From: Alphaproteobacteria bacterium
Lineage (GTDB): Bacteria > Pseudomonadota > Alphaproteobacteria > UBA828
Assembly (NCBI GenBank): GCA_963422645.2
Contig: CAXXVO010000014.1
Coordinates: 96,001 to 160,000 of the forward strand
DNA: 64,000 nt
Direction: 5' to 3'
The notes beneath the pieces were generated by a model that saw only the letters and a program-made list of their open reading frames with translations, was not told where the DNA came from and did no database searches. Position numbers and translations under genes: made by a program. Shown one piece after another: positions 18,646 to 29,060 of the stretch (its first letter is position 1; each line of letters opens with the position of its first letter).

Positions 18646-19128
18646 CTAGCGTTTGGAGAACTGGAAGCTGCGGCGGGCCTTGCGCTTGCCGTACTTCTTG
18701 CGCTCCACGACGCGGCTGTCGCGGGTGAGGAAGCCGCCGGACTTGAGCATCTTGCGCAGTTCCGGCTCGCGCGCCGCAAGCGCCCGGCTGATGCCGTGAC
18801 GAAGTGCCCCGGCCTGGCCCGAGAGGCCACCGCCCTTGACCGTGCAGATGACGTCGTACTGGGTGCGGCGCCCGACCAGCTCCGCCGGCTGATTGATGAT
18901 CATCTGGAGCGCCGGGCGGGCGAAGTAGTTCTCCACCGGGCGCTTGTTGACCGTGATCGTGCCGATACCGGGCCGCAGCCACACGCGCGCAACCGCATCC
19001 TTGCGCTTGCCGGTCGAGTAGGTGCGGCCGAGCCGGTCGATCTGCGGTTCCGGCTCGATGTCGGCGTCGGGCCGGGCGACCTCGCCGAGCTCGGCAAGGC
19101 TGGTCAGGGTCTTCGGCTCGTCAGCCAC
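18646..19128 (-). CDS. rpsI: 30S ribosomal protein S9
   Basis: [22 protein letters not shown]-terminal [10 protein letters not shown]. Confidence 0.98.
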   Translation of the reverse strand: MADEPKTLTSLAELGEVARPDADIEPEPQIDRLGRTYSTGKRKDAVARVWLRPGIGTITVNKRPVENYFARPALQMIINQPAELVGRRTQYDVICTVKGGGLSGQAGALRHGISRALAAREPELRKMLKSGGFLTRDSRVVERKKYGKRKARRSFQFSKR

Positions 19129-19594
19129 GGAGCGTGCTCCTCGCGTTCTTCGGATTCATCGCGGCGATGTCGAGAGGCTCAGGCTGCTGCGCCTCGTGCG
19201 GATGGTCCGAGCCAGGATAGACCTTGAGGTTCGCCATCTGCTGGCGGCCCAAGGGGCCCTTGGGGATCATCCGCTGCACCGCCTTGATCACCACCTCCTC
19301 GGGCCGCTTGCTGCCGAGGATGCGGGCCGCCGTGCGGGTCTTGAGGCCGCCGGGATATCCGGTGTGGTGATGGTAGAGCTTGTCTTCCCGCTTGCGCCCG
19401 GTGAGCCGGACCTTCCCGGCATTGACGATGATGATGTTGTCGCCGCAATCCATGTGCGGGGTGTAGCTTGGCTTGTGCTTGCCGCGCAGACGGGTCGCGA
19501 CGATGCTGGCGAGCCGACCGAGGACGATGTCCTCGGCGTCTACCAGCATCCACTTCTTCTCAATCGTGGCAGGCGTTGCCGAGAAGGTTTTCAT
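19121..19594 (-). CDS. rplM: 50S ribosomal protein L13
   Basis: [41 protein letters not shown]. Confidence 0.98.
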   Translation of the reverse strand: MKTFSATPATIEKKWMLVDAEDIVLGRLASIVATRLRGKHKPSYTPHMDCGDNIIIVNAGKVRLTGRKREDKLYHHHTGYPGGLKTRTAARILGSKRPEEVVIKAVQRMIPKGPLGRQQMANLKVYPGSDHPHEAQQPEPLDIAAMNPKNARSTLRG

Positions 19595-19939
19595 TTCGCT
19601 CACGACGATGGGATATGACGTAACGGCGCACGGACCCGTTCGGCTCTCGCCAGCCAGCGCGCCGCCGGGAGTATGCCACAGGACGTCGCCCAGTCAACGG
19701 CAGCGTTGCGGGGCCTGGGGCGTTCGCCTCGTTGGCCGACTGCACCGCGCAGCCCCTCACTCTTGGGAGAGATCCCTGCCGAGCGGCCTTTACGACAGTG
19801 ACGGGCTCGGAGACCCTGGCTTCTAGCCCACGTCTCACTCTTGAATGCCCCGGCTGGGAGCGAAGAAAACGAAGTTGTATGCTAGTATCAATCACTTATC
19901 CAGCATCGTTGTTTGATGACGTCGAGTGGCGGGGGTGTG

Positions 19940-20680
19940 ATGTCGATCTTGATTTCAGGCGGAACCAAGGGCATCGGGCGGGCCATCGGTCTCGCCTTCG
20001 CCGAGCCCGGCGTCGACGTGTTTCTCAACTATCACGGCGATGACGATGCGGCGGACGAGGCCCGGACACTGGTCGACTCGAAGGGTGCGCGCTGTCATCT
20101 GATCAAGCAGGATGTCTCGACGCCGGGGGGCTGCCGGGCTGTGCTCGCCCAAGTGGCGGAGCGCGTCGACCGGCTCGACCAGCTCGTGCACTGCGCGGTC
20201 CGCGCCATTCCGAAGCCCGCGCTGGACTGCGACCCGGACGATTTCACCGCCGCGGTCAATCTCAACGGCACGGCGCTGCTCTATCTCGTGCAGGCGGCCG
20301 ATCCGCTGCTCCAGCGCGGCAGCACGGTGTTCTTTCTCACCAGCCGGGGCGGGCGCACCGTGGTCCCCAACTACGCCGCCATCGGCATCGCCAAGGCGCT
20401 GGCGGAATCTTTGGTGCGCTATCTCGCGAGCGAGCTTGCGCCGCGCGGCGTGCGAATCAACAGCGTCGCTCCCGGCGTGGTAGATACGGATGCGGTGCGG
20501 GCGTTGTTCGGCGACCAGGCGAGCGAGATCGTGAAGCACGCCGCCGAGACGAACCCGAGCGGACGCGGCGTGCGGGACGAGGACTACACCAGCGTGATCC
20601 GCTTCCTCGCGAGTCCGGAGGCCGCGTTCGTCCAGGGGCAAACGATTTTCGTCAACGGCGGCCACTACCTGGCGGCGTAG
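19940..20680 (+). CDS. SDR oxidoreductase, FabL/enoyl-reductase-like
   Basis: SGGTKGIG NAD(P) motif; Y-x6-K catalytic motif (YAAIGIAK). Confidence 0.85.
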   Translation: MSILISGGTKGIGRAIGLAFAEPGVDVFLNYHGDDDAADEARTLVDSKGARCHLIKQDVSTPGGCRAVLAQVAERVDRLDQLVHCAVRAIPKPALDCDPDDFTAAVNLNGTALLYLVQAADPLLQRGSTVFFLTSRGGRTVVPNYAAIGIAKALAESLVRYLASELAPRGVRINSVAPGVVDTDAVRALFGDQASEIVKHAAETNPSGRGVRDEDYTSVIRFLASPEAAFVQGQTIFVNGGHYLAA

Positions 20681-20689
20681 GCGGCGCCC

Positions 20690-21871
20690 TCAACCCAGCC
20701 GCTCGATCAGCGTCGCGTTGGCCATGCCGCCGCTCTCGCACATGGTCTGAAGGCCGAGGCGGCCGCCGCTCTCCTCCAGGCTCCCGATCAGGCTGGCCGT
20801 GAGCCGGCCACCCGATGCGCCGACGGGATGGCCGAAGGCGATGGCCCCGCCGTTGACGTTGACGCGGTCGAGGTCGGCACCCAGCGTCTCCGCCCAGGCC
20901 AGCACCACCGAGGCGAAGGCTTCGTTGACCTCGAAGCGGTCGATCTCGCCCAAGGTCCGGCCGCTTCGCGCCAGCAGCTTTTCCGTTGCCGGGATGATCC
21001 CCGTCAGCATGAGCAGGGGGTCGTCGCCCGAGACCGCGAAATGCGTGATCGCCGCACGCGGCGTCAGGCCCAGCCGCTGCACCGACTCCTCCGACGCGAT
21101 CAGCAGTGCCGAGGCGCCGTCGGAGACCTGGCTCGAATTCCCCGCCGTCACCACCCAGCCGATCTCGGGGAAGCGCTCGGCCTTGCCGGCATCCACGAAC
21201 GCGGGCTCCAGCGCGGCGAGCTTTTCCGCACTCGTATCGGGGCGGATGCCTTCGTCCGTCGAGGCCCCGTCGATGGGCAGGATGTCGCGCGCGAAGACGC
21301 CGCGCTCCTCGGCCGCCGCCGCGCGCCGGTGCGAGCGCAGCGCGTAGGCATCGAGGTCGGCGCGCGAGAGCCCCCAGCGGGCCGAGATCAGCTCGGCGGA
21401 AATGCCCTGGTGCACCAGACCGTCGGCGTAGCGCCGGCGCAGCATCGGCCCGAGATGGTCCTTGCCGCGCCGGTTGCTGCCCATCGGCACGCGGCTCATC
21501 ATCTCGACCCCGCAAGCGATGACGAGGTCGTAGGCCCCCGCCATCACGCCCTGCGCCCCAAAATCCATCGCCTGCTGCGCCGAGCCGCACTTGCGGTCGA
21601 TGGTGACGGCGGGAACGGTCTCGGGAAAGCCCGCCGCGAGCCAAGCCTGGCGGCCGATGTTGGCGGCCTGCTCGCCCGCCTGGATGACGCAGCCCGCGAT
21701 CACGTCGTCGACCGCGCCGGGATCGACGCCGGTGCGCGCGACCAGACCCTCGAGCGTCATCGCAAGCAGGTCGACCGGATGAACCGCGCTCAGCGCACCA
21801 TCCGCCCGCCCCTTGGCGAAGGGAGTGCGGACCACATCGATGATGAGGGCGCGGCGCATCCTAGCCGGCAC
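20690..21871 (-). CDS. Thiolase (acetyl-CoA C-acyltransferase)
   Basis: IDRKCGS (Cys), NEAFA, GHPVGASG, TMCESGG. Confidence 0.95.
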   Translation of the reverse strand: MPARMRRALIIDVVRTPFAKGRADGALSAVHPVDLLAMTLEGLVARTGVDPGAVDDVIAGCVIQAGEQAANIGRQAWLAAGFPETVPAVTIDRKCGSAQQAMDFGAQGVMAGAYDLVIACGVEMMSRVPMGSNRRGKDHLGPMLRRRYADGLVHQGISAELISARWGLSRADLDAYALRSHRRAAAAEERGVFARDILPIDGASTDEGIRPDTSAEKLAALEPAFVDAGKAERFPEIGWVVTAGNSSQVSDGASALLIASEESVQRLGLTPRAAITHFAVSGDDPLLMLTGIIPATEKLLARSGRTLGEIDRFEVNEAFASVVLAWAETLGADLDRVNVNGGAIAFGHPVGASGGRLTASLIGSLEESGGRLGLQTMCESGGMANATLIERLG

Positions 21872-23321
21872 GACGGAGCGAAACCGAGAGATTGGCGCTT
21901 TCCACCTCCACGTACTTCGAGGTGGAAAGCGCCATCAACTTGCGCACGTGTTCGAGCTCCGGCGTGGAGAGAATCGGGAAGTCGCGCTTCACCGGGCCCG
22001 CGGCCCGCATCCTCTCCAGGTCCGCCGCCGGGACCAGGGCGCGCAGGATCAGCTCGTCGTCATCGTCGGTGCCGTGGCGCTTGCGAAGCTCGGCCAAGGT
22101 GGGCTGCTCCGGCGGCTCGGCCAGCACCTCCTTGGCACGGGGCGCGGCCATGATCCGGTCCAACACGTCCGGATCGATGGGCGCTACCGGCTCGCCGTAG
22201 TGCCCGCCGGCATACTGGATCACCTCGTCCGGAATCACGGCGTAGCGCTCGCCGGTGACAATGTTGAGCACAGCTAGGGTGCCGACGAGCTGGGAGAAGG
22301 GCGTCGCCATGCCGGGGTAGCCCAGCTCGCGGCGCACGCGGCCGGTCTCCTCCAGCACGTCGTCCAGCCGGTCCGCCATCTCGTGCTGGACGAGCTGCGC
22401 CTTCAGCGTCCCCATCATGCCGCCCGGCACCTGGTGGTGCACGGAGAAGAGGTCGTATTCCTGCGGCACGCCCACGGGGAAGCCCGCCGCCGTGGCGACG
22501 CCCTCGAAGTGCTCCGCGATCTGCGGCAGGAGCGATCGATCGATATTGTGGGTATGGCCGAGATGCTCGACGTTCCGTGTCATCACCTCGACCGAGGGGA
22601 CGGAAGGGCCGTTCGCCATCGGCCCGCAGGCCGTGTGCAGGATACGGATGCCGAGCTCGATCGCCTCGACGTAGGCGCGGCCGGAGGCGCCCAGGAGGTT
22701 ATTCGAGTGGAACTCGATGGGCTTGCCGCGCGCGTTCGCCATGATGGCCGGCACCAGCGTGCGCATGCGGTCCGGCTCCAGCACGCCGCCCGTGTCGTAG
22801 AGCAGGAGCGTGTCGATATCCGGCGAGGCCGAGAGCCTGTCCGCTTTGTCGGCGTAGTAGTCGTCGGTGTGCACCGGGCTCAGCGTGAACATGATGGCGC
22901 CTGCCACCTCCGCGCCGAACTCCTTGGCCACCCTGGCGAGGCGGTGTGTCTTGTCGATGTTGAAGAGCACGTCGTAGATCCAAAAACTGCGGCAGCCGTG
23001 CACGCAGAGCTGCCGCATCCAGACGTCCATCAGCGCATCGGGCGTGACGCCGAAGGTGACGCTCGCATTGCTGCGCATGCCGCCCCGGATCGTGCTCTTG
23101 GGCATGGCGTCGACCAGGAGGTCGAGCCCCTCCCACGGATTCTCGCGGCATTGGCGGATCAGGACCTCGAAGAGGCTCGAGCCGGTGAGGTCCACCACCC
23201 GATAGCCGACCCGGTCGATCACCGGTGCAATGGGGAGCGCCATGCCGGCCTGCATGCGCATGCCCCACAGGCTCTGCTGTCCGTCCCGCATGGTCTCGTC
23301 GAGGAATTCGATGTGCGCCAT
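21861..23321 (-). CDS. Carboxyltransferase subunit, pyruvate carboxylase B/OadA-like with altered active site
   Basis: RDGQQSL, ENPWE, HQVPGGM, LGYP..ATPFSQLVG; YDTGG in place of KDMAG; HSN in place of HxH. Confidence 0.88.
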   Translation of the reverse strand: MAHIEFLDETMRDGQQSLWGMRMQAGMALPIAPVIDRVGYRVVDLTGSSLFEVLIRQCRENPWEGLDLLVDAMPKSTIRGGMRSNASVTFGVTPDALMDVWMRQLCVHGCRSFWIYDVLFNIDKTHRLARVAKEFGAEVAGAIMFTLSPVHTDDYYADKADRLSASPDIDTLLLYDTGGVLEPDRMRTLVPAIMANARGKPIEFHSNNLLGASGRAYVEAIELGIRILHTACGPMANGPSVPSVEVMTRNVEHLGHTHNIDRSLLPQIAEHFEGVATAAGFPVGVPQEYDLFSVHHQVPGGMMGTLKAQLVQHEMADRLDDVLEETGRVRRELGYPGMATPFSQLVGTLAVLNIVTGERYAVIPDEVIQYAGGHYGEPVAPIDPDVLDRIMAAPRAKEVLAEPPEQPTLAELRKRHGTDDDDELILRALVPAADLERMRAAGPVKRDFPILSTPELEHVRKLMALSTSKYVEVESANLSVSLRRAG

Positions 23322-23332
23322 CGTCGCTCCGC

Positions 23333-24691
23333 TCAGTGCATCAGCGAGGGCATGAAGACGTCCTCCAGCCAGCGCGTGTTGAGCCTGTTAGCCGTGAAGT
23401 CAGGGTGCCGCACCAAGTGCGCCTGGAACGCGAGGTTGGTGTCGATCCCGCCGATCTGAAATCGGTCCAGCGCGCCGCCCATGCGCTCCACCGCTTCGGC
23501 GCGGTCGCCAGCGCGCACGATCAGCTTCGCGATCATGCTGTCGTAGAAGGGAGACACGAAGGCACCCGGGCGGCAGTGGCTGTCTATGCGAATGCCCTGT
23601 CCCTCCGGTGCGCACCAGGCGTCGATCAGACCGGGCGAGGGCGCGAAGTCCCGCTCCGGCGCCTCGGCGTTGATCCGGCATTCGATGGCGTGGCCGGCAA
23701 GCGCGATGTCTTCCTGCGCGACGCTGAGCCCGCCGCCGCCCGCGATGCGCAACTGCTCCTCGATCAGGTCGATGCCGGCGACCTCCTCGGTCACGGGATG
23801 CTCGACCTGGATGCGGACATTGGCTTCGATGAAATAGGCCTCGCCGCGGTCAACGTCGTAGAGGAACTCGACCGTGCCGGCGCTCCGATAGTCGAGGTGC
23901 CGGGCGAGGCGGCAGGCGGCGTCGTGAATCTGCGTGCGCGCTTCGGCCGGCAGCGCCGCCGCCGGCGCTTCCTCCACCATCTTCTGGAAGCGCCGCTGCA
24001 CAGAGCAATCCCGCTCGCCGAAATGGACGACCGCGCCGTCGCCGTCGCCCATGATCTGCACCTCAACATGGCGCGCGTCCTCGACGAAGCGCTCAACGAA
24101 GAGCGTACCGTCGCCAAAGGCGGCCTTGGCCTCCGTCGATGCACGCTCGAAGCCATCGTCGATGTCCGCATCCCTTCGTGCGACGAACATGCCGCGCCCG
24201 CCGCCACCTGCGCTGGCCTTCATCAGCACCGGGTAGCCGACGGAGGCGGCGAAGGAGCGGGCCTCGGCTGCCGAATGGATACGGTCGGAGCCGGGGACGA
24301 TGGGCACGCCCGCTTCGATCGCGATGGTGCGGGCGGTGAGCTTGTCGCCGAGCCGCTCGATGGTCTCGGCCCGCGGCCCGACGAACGCGATTCCCTCCCG
24401 CTCGCACAGGCCGGCGAGAGCCGGGGACTCGGAGAGGAAGCCGTAGCCCGGATGCAGTCCGTCGCAGGCGGTGGCCTCGGCCGCATGCACAAGCAGGTTG
24501 GCGTTGAGGTAGCTCTCGCGCGCCGGCGCCGGCCCCAGCACCACCGCGCGGTCCGCGAGCTCCGCCGCCAAGCCCTCGCGGTCCGCGTCGGAGACCCCGA
24601 CAACGCACTCGAGCCCGAGCGCGCGGCAGGCGCTGACGATGCGCACGGCGATCTCCCCCCGGTTGGCGACGAAGACGCGCGAGAGGGCCAT
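23333..24691 (-). CDS. Biotin carboxylase subunit
   Basis: ANRGEIA, HPGYGFLSE, GGGGRG, ERDCSVQRR, RIQVEHPVTE, YDSMIAK. Confidence 0.95.
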   Translation of the reverse strand: MALSRVFVANRGEIAVRIVSACRALGLECVVGVSDADREGLAAELADRAVVLGPAPARESYLNANLLVHAAEATACDGLHPGYGFLSESPALAGLCEREGIAFVGPRAETIERLGDKLTARTIAIEAGVPIVPGSDRIHSAAEARSFAASVGYPVLMKASAGGGGRGMFVARRDADIDDGFERASTEAKAAFGDGTLFVERFVEDARHVEVQIMGDGDGAVVHFGERDCSVQRRFQKMVEEAPAAALPAEARTQIHDAACRLARHLDYRSAGTVEFLYDVDRGEAYFIEANVRIQVEHPVTEEVAGIDLIEEQLRIAGGGGLSVAQEDIALAGHAIECRINAEAPERDFAPSPGLIDAWCAPEGQGIRIDSHCRPGAFVSPFYDSMIAKLIVRAGDRAEAVERMGGALDRFQIGGIDTNLAFQAHLVRHPDFTANRLNTRWLEDVFMPSLMH

Positions 24692-25161
24692 CACGCCGTC
24701 TCGGCCGCTTCGGCCTCCGGCTCGACCAGAAAGAGCGGTACGCCAAACTCCACCATCTCGCCGTCCTCGACGCAGGCCTTGGCGATCCGGCCGCTGATCC
24801 CGGCCCGCACCGGCGTGAACAGCTTCATGACCTCGATCAGACAAACCTCGGTTGCCTCGCTGACCTGCTGGCCGACCTCCACGTAGGGCGCGATCCCCGG
24901 CTTGGGCGCGCGGTAGAAGGTGCCGAGATTGGGCGCCGTGATCGGCACAAGCCCATCGGCCGGCGCCGCTTCGGCCGGATCGGGAGGGGCCTGCTCCTCC
25001 GAGGCTACGCCAGCCTCCGTCGCCGCCGATCCGAGTGCCGCCGCATCCGCATCCTTCGAGAGCACCAGCTTCAGGCCGTCGGTCTCGAGCCGGAGCTCGT
25101 GCCAGTCCGAGCGGTCGAAGATGCGGATCAGCGCCTCGACCTCCTTGCGGTCGACGGTCAT
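24691..25161 (-). CDS. Biotin carboxyl carrier protein
   Basis: GTFYRAP and biotinylation motif EVMKL. Confidence 0.93.
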   Translation of the reverse strand: MTVDRKEVEALIRIFDRSDWHELRLETDGLKLVLSKDADAAALGSAATEAGVASEEQAPPDPAEAAPADGLVPITAPNLGTFYRAPKPGIAPYVEVGQQVSEATEVCLIEVMKLFTPVRAGISGRIAKACVEDGEMVEFGVPLFLVEPEAEAAETA

Positions 25162-26918
25162 GCAGCGGTCTCCGCGCGCGCGGCGGCACAGGCCGCAAGC
25201 AGTGCCGGCAGGGCGTGGCGCACGACGATGAAATCGAGACCGGCGGCGACGGCGGCCGCGACACCCGCATCGCTGGCGAGCGCGCCGCCCTTTGCGCCGG
25301 GAGTCCCCTCGAGCAGCGCGGGCAAGCGCTCCGGGTCCGCACCGCCCGGCAAGCGGTCGAGATCGACCGCGCCCTCCGGCGCCGCGTCGCCCGCGCGATA
25401 GACCGCCATCGGCGCGGCCGCGCGGGCCCATGACGTGATCTGGCGGAGGTAGGGATCGTCCGTCTCCGAAGGAACGCTCACCGGCAATGCGCCATCGAAC
25501 ACCTTCCCCGCCTTGCCGTCCACCGTCACCTCCCTGCCCGCAAGCGCTGCGTCCACGCCTTCGCCGCAGCCGACGACGCAGGGAACGCCGAGGGAGCGGC
25601 TTACCACGGCGGCGTGGGAGGTCGCACCCCCGGTCGCCGTCACGACAGCGCGGGCGGTGACCATGCCGTGCACGTCGTCCGGGCTGGTGGTCGGGCGCAC
25701 CAGCACAACGTCCTCGCCGGACGTGCCGCGCGCCTCGGCCGCATCGGCGTCCAGCACGACTTTGCCGATGCCGACACCGGGGCTCGCTCCCTCTCCCTCG
25801 GCGAGCAGGGAGGCGTTCTCCCCGGCGCCGTCGTCAAGGCGGGGCATGAGCAGCATGCGGACCTGGGCCGCGCTGACGCGGGCGAGTGCCTCGTCCGTGG
25901 AGATCCTTCCCTCATTCACCAGGTCGACCGCGACGCGCATGGCCGCGGCGGGAGCCCGTGCGGCGGTGCGGGTCTGCAACAGGTAGAGCGCGCCCTCTTG
26001 TACCGAGAACTCGATGTCCTGCACATCCCGGTTCAGCGCTTCGAGCCGGCGCGCGGCGTCGATCAGTGCGGCGTGCGCCTCCGGCAGGGAAGACGCCAGC
26101 GCATCCAGTCCCTGCGGCGTCCGCTGGCCGGAGACCACGTCCTCCCCCTGGGCGCGGGCGAGATACTCGCCGTAAGGCGCAGGCGCCCCGGTGAGCGGGT
26201 TGCGGCTGAAGAGCACACCCGTTCCGCTGTTCTCGCTGAGGTTGCCGAACACCATGGCTTGAACCGTGACGGCGGTCCCTGCGTCGTCCGGAAGCCCGTG
26301 ATGCCGGCGATATCGCTTCGCGCGCCGTCCGTTCCAGGAGTCGAAGACGGCGCGGACCGCGCCGAGAAGCTGATCGGCCGGCGCGTCCGGCACGCTACCC
26401 GCCGCCCCCGTCTCCGCAACGGTTGCGCGCCATGTCGCTGGGGTCCCTTGGGAAGGCAGCCCGTCGATCGCCGCCTTGAGCACGATGCGCGCGTACATCT
26501 CGTGGAAGCGCCGATGCGTGTCGCGGGCGAAGACAGCGTCGCCGCTCTCGGCTGCGAGCGCTGCCTCGATTTCCTCGTCGATCCCGAGATTGAGCACCGT
26601 ATCCAGCATACCCGGCATGCTGACGTCGGCGCCGGAGCGAACGGCCAGCAGCAAGGGGCGTTCGTGCGCGCCGAAGCGGCGCCCGGTCTCCGCCTCCAGC
26701 ATGGCGATGCCGGCGTGAAGCTCGTCGACGAGGCCGTCCGGCAGCGCGCCTTCGGCGAGATAGGCGCGGCAGGCCTCGGTCGTCGCCACGAAGGCGGGCG
26801 GCACCGGCAGGACTGCGTGGCGCATGACGGCGATGCCCCACGCCTTGCCGCCGATCAGCGCGCGGTCGGGCTGCGCCGCGCCGTCGAGGAAGAGCACCCA
26901 GCGGCCGACAGCACCCAT
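25158..26918 (-). CDS. PPDK-like dikinase: ATP-grasp plus phospho-His domain, lacking the pyruvate-binding barrel
   Basis: GGK, VPPAF, VRSGA..SMPGMLDTVLN, QAMVFGN, QGEDVVSG, DIEF, LLQTR, GGATSHAAVVSR; ends ~90 aa after the His domain. Confidence 0.92.
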   Translation of the reverse strand: MGAVGRWVLFLDGAAQPDRALIGGKAWGIAVMRHAVLPVPPAFVATTEACRAYLAEGALPDGLVDELHAGIAMLEAETGRRFGAHERPLLLAVRSGADVSMPGMLDTVLNLGIDEEIEAALAAESGDAVFARDTHRRFHEMYARIVLKAAIDGLPSQGTPATWRATVAETGAAGSVPDAPADQLLGAVRAVFDSWNGRRAKRYRRHHGLPDDAGTAVTVQAMVFGNLSENSGTGVLFSRNPLTGAPAPYGEYLARAQGEDVVSGQRTPQGLDALASSLPEAHAALIDAARRLEALNRDVQDIEFSVQEGALYLLQTRTAARAPAAAMRVAVDLVNEGRISTDEALARVSAAQVRMLLMPRLDDGAGENASLLAEGEGASPGVGIGKVVLDADAAEARGTSGEDVVLVRPTTSPDDVHGMVTARAVVTATGGATSHAAVVSRSLGVPCVVGCGEGVDAALAGREVTVDGKAGKVFDGALPVSVPSETDDPYLRQITSWARAAAPMAVYRAGDAAPEGAVDLDRLPGGADPERLPALLEGTPGAKGGALASDAGVAAAVAAGLDFIVVRHALPALLAACAAARAETAA

Positions 26919-26920
26919 GC

Positions 26921-27523
26921 CTATTCCTGCCGCGTGCGGCCGAGGATTCGCAGCAGGTCTTCGTGAAGCTCGAACCACACCGTGTGATAGGACTCGATCC
27001 GTGCGCCGCTGACCCACTCGATAGCGCCGTCCTCGGCCTTCTCCAGCGCCGCTTCCAGCTTGCACGCGTAAATCGCGAGGCGCGGCAGGCCGGCGCTCAG
27101 TTGCTGGAGGATCGCCTCCGCCCGCTCGTGCAGGGCGCCCAGACGATCGATCAGCCTATCGTCATAGTCCTTGTTGGTGTGATCGTTCAGCACGCTCTCG
27201 CCGTCGATCTCGATGGTCTGCCACGCGGTCATCAGCGCCTTGAGGTCTCGATTGATCGCCTCGAAGCGCTCGCAGGCGGAGGCGAACGCCGGGTCGGCCC
27301 GTTGCGCGGCAAAGAGCCTGGAATAGGCGCCGTCGAGGGCCACGCGCGCGACAGGCGTCAGGGAATACGCCTCGCCGGCGCGCAGGGCGCGGCCCTTGGC
27401 CACCGCCTCGTCGAGCGCCGCCTGCACCTCGGTCTCGTCGAGTCCGACTGCTTTGGCGATCGCCGCGGCGTCCGCATGCTTCTTGATCGCGAGGCCGTGG
27501 AGGACGAGATAGGTGTCGGTCAT
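26921..27523 (-). CDS. MarR-like winged-helix protein of the type found beside truncated ppdK genes (Rv1126c-like)
   Basis: N-terminal HTH; C-terminal W..., NDH.D..YD and SYHTVWFELHEDL motifs. Confidence 0.75.
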   Translation of the reverse strand: MTDTYLVLHGLAIKKHADAAAIAKAVGLDETEVQAALDEAVAKGRALRAGEAYSLTPVARVALDGAYSRLFAAQRADPAFASACERFEAINRDLKALMTAWQTIEIDGESVLNDHTNKDYDDRLIDRLGALHERAEAILQQLSAGLPRLAIYACKLEAALEKAEDGAIEWVSGARIESYHTVWFELHEDLLRILGRTRQE

Positions 27524-27526
27524 GGC

Positions 27527-29020
27527 TCAGGCACTCTCCCGCTCGGCCGTCGTGTCGGCCGAGGCGAGGACGCGGTCTCGGACCGCGCGGCGCAGGAGCT
27601 TGCCTGCCCCGCTCTTGGGCAGCGTGTCCCAGATCTCGACGCTCTTCGGGCACTTGTAGCCGGCGAGCCTCTCGCGACAGAACTGCCGCACTGCCTCCGG
27701 GTCGAGACCCGGCCGCCCGGCAACGACGGCATGGACGCGATCGCCCCACTTCTCGTCGGGCAGTCCCACCACGGCGGCCTCGACGACGCCCTCGTGGGCC
27801 AGCAGCACATCCTCGATCTCGCGCGGGTAGACGTTGTAGCCGCCGCTGATGAGCATGTCGTTCTTGCGGTCGAGAATGTAGAAGAAGCCGTCCTCGTCGA
27901 TGCGGCCGATGTCGCCGGTATGGAGCCAGCCGTTGCGGAAGGCCCTGGCGGTCTCCTCCGGGCGCTTCCAGTAACGGGCCATGAGCTGGGTCCCGCGGCA
28001 GACGATTTCGCCCCGCTCGCCGGTCGGCACCGGCTTGTCGTCCTCGTCGAAGACCGCCACGTCCGCGGTGGTGTAGGGCCGCCCGCACGAGCCCACGCGG
28101 TCGTGATCCTCCGGCCCGAGATAGGTAATCACCATGGGGGACTCCGCCTGGCCGTAGGTCTGGGCGAAGACCGGGCCGAAACGGGCCATGGCGCGCTCCA
28201 GCAGGCTCGGCGCGATGGGCGATGCGCCGTAGCAGATGCGTTTGAAGCGGAGGTCCGCCGTCTCCAGCGCGGGCTCCTCCATGATCATCGCCAGCATGGT
28301 CGGCACCAGAAAGGTGTGGGTCGCGCGCGCCTGCGCAGCCATGGCGATGAAGCCGACGGCGTCGAAGTGCGGCATGATCCACTGGTGCACGCCCCGTACC
28401 AGCGCGGGCAGGAAGAAGGCGCCACTCGCGTGCGCGATGGGGGCGGCGTGGAGGAAGCGGTCGCCCGACGCGAGGTCGGGCACCAGGTCCATGAGAAAGG
28501 CCGAGAGCTCCGCAGTCTCGCCCAGCGTGGTGAGCGTGACCGCCTTGGGCGCGCCGGTGGTCCCGCCCGTGAAGCCCAGGCGATAGGGCGCCTCAAGCTC
28601 GCGGTCCACGCAGCAGACGCCGGGTGGTCCCTCGTCGATGAGCCGGCGGAGCGCGTCGGCGCCGTAGACCATGGCCGCGCCGAAGCCCTTGGCGCCCTCG
28701 ACATCGTCGTGGATGAGGCCGCGGGCGCCGCTGTCGCCCAGCTTGTAGCGATGGTCCGCCGCCGTCTCGCGCACGTTGAGCGAGACCCGCACGAGGCCGG
28801 ACTTGGCGATCGCGTAGTAGGCGATCAGGCAATCGATCCCGTTGGGCAGCAGCACGCCGACGCGGTCGCCCAGCTCGAAGCCTTCCGCGAGCAGCGCGTT
28901 GCCGAGCCGGTCCGTCGCCGCGTCGAAGGCGCGGAAGCTCAGCGTGCGCGTCCCTTCGGTCAGCGCCGGTGCCTCGCCGTACATGAGCGCCGCGCGCCGG
29001 ATGTACTCGCCGATCTGCAT
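27527..29020 (-). CDS. Acyl-CoA synthetase (AMP-binding)
   Basis: FTGGTTGAPK, YGQAE, LHTGD, DRKNDMLISGG, GYKCPK, GK. Confidence 0.95.
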   Translation of the reverse strand: MQIGEYIRRAALMYGEAPALTEGTRTLSFRAFDAATDRLGNALLAEGFELGDRVGVLLPNGIDCLIAYYAIAKSGLVRVSLNVRETAADHRYKLGDSGARGLIHDDVEGAKGFGAAMVYGADALRRLIDEGPPGVCCVDRELEAPYRLGFTGGTTGAPKAVTLTTLGETAELSAFLMDLVPDLASGDRFLHAAPIAHASGAFFLPALVRGVHQWIMPHFDAVGFIAMAAQARATHTFLVPTMLAMIMEEPALETADLRFKRICYGASPIAPSLLERAMARFGPVFAQTYGQAESPMVITYLGPEDHDRVGSCGRPYTTADVAVFDEDDKPVPTGERGEIVCRGTQLMARYWKRPEETARAFRNGWLHTGDIGRIDEDGFFYILDRKNDMLISGGYNVYPREIEDVLLAHEGVVEAAVVGLPDEKWGDRVHAVVAGRPGLDPEAVRQFCRERLAGYKCPKSVEIWDTLPKSGAGKLLRRAVRDRVLASADTTAERESA

Positions 29021-29060
29021 GAGTTCAGGCCGCCTGGACGTGTGGGAGCGGGGCGCGTCT

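Noticed and set aside
19896-19904. DnaA box-like TTATCCAGC in an AT-richer intergenic stretch
   Set aside because: Single copy with mismatches to TTATCCACA and no origin context; more likely ordinary promoter DNA.
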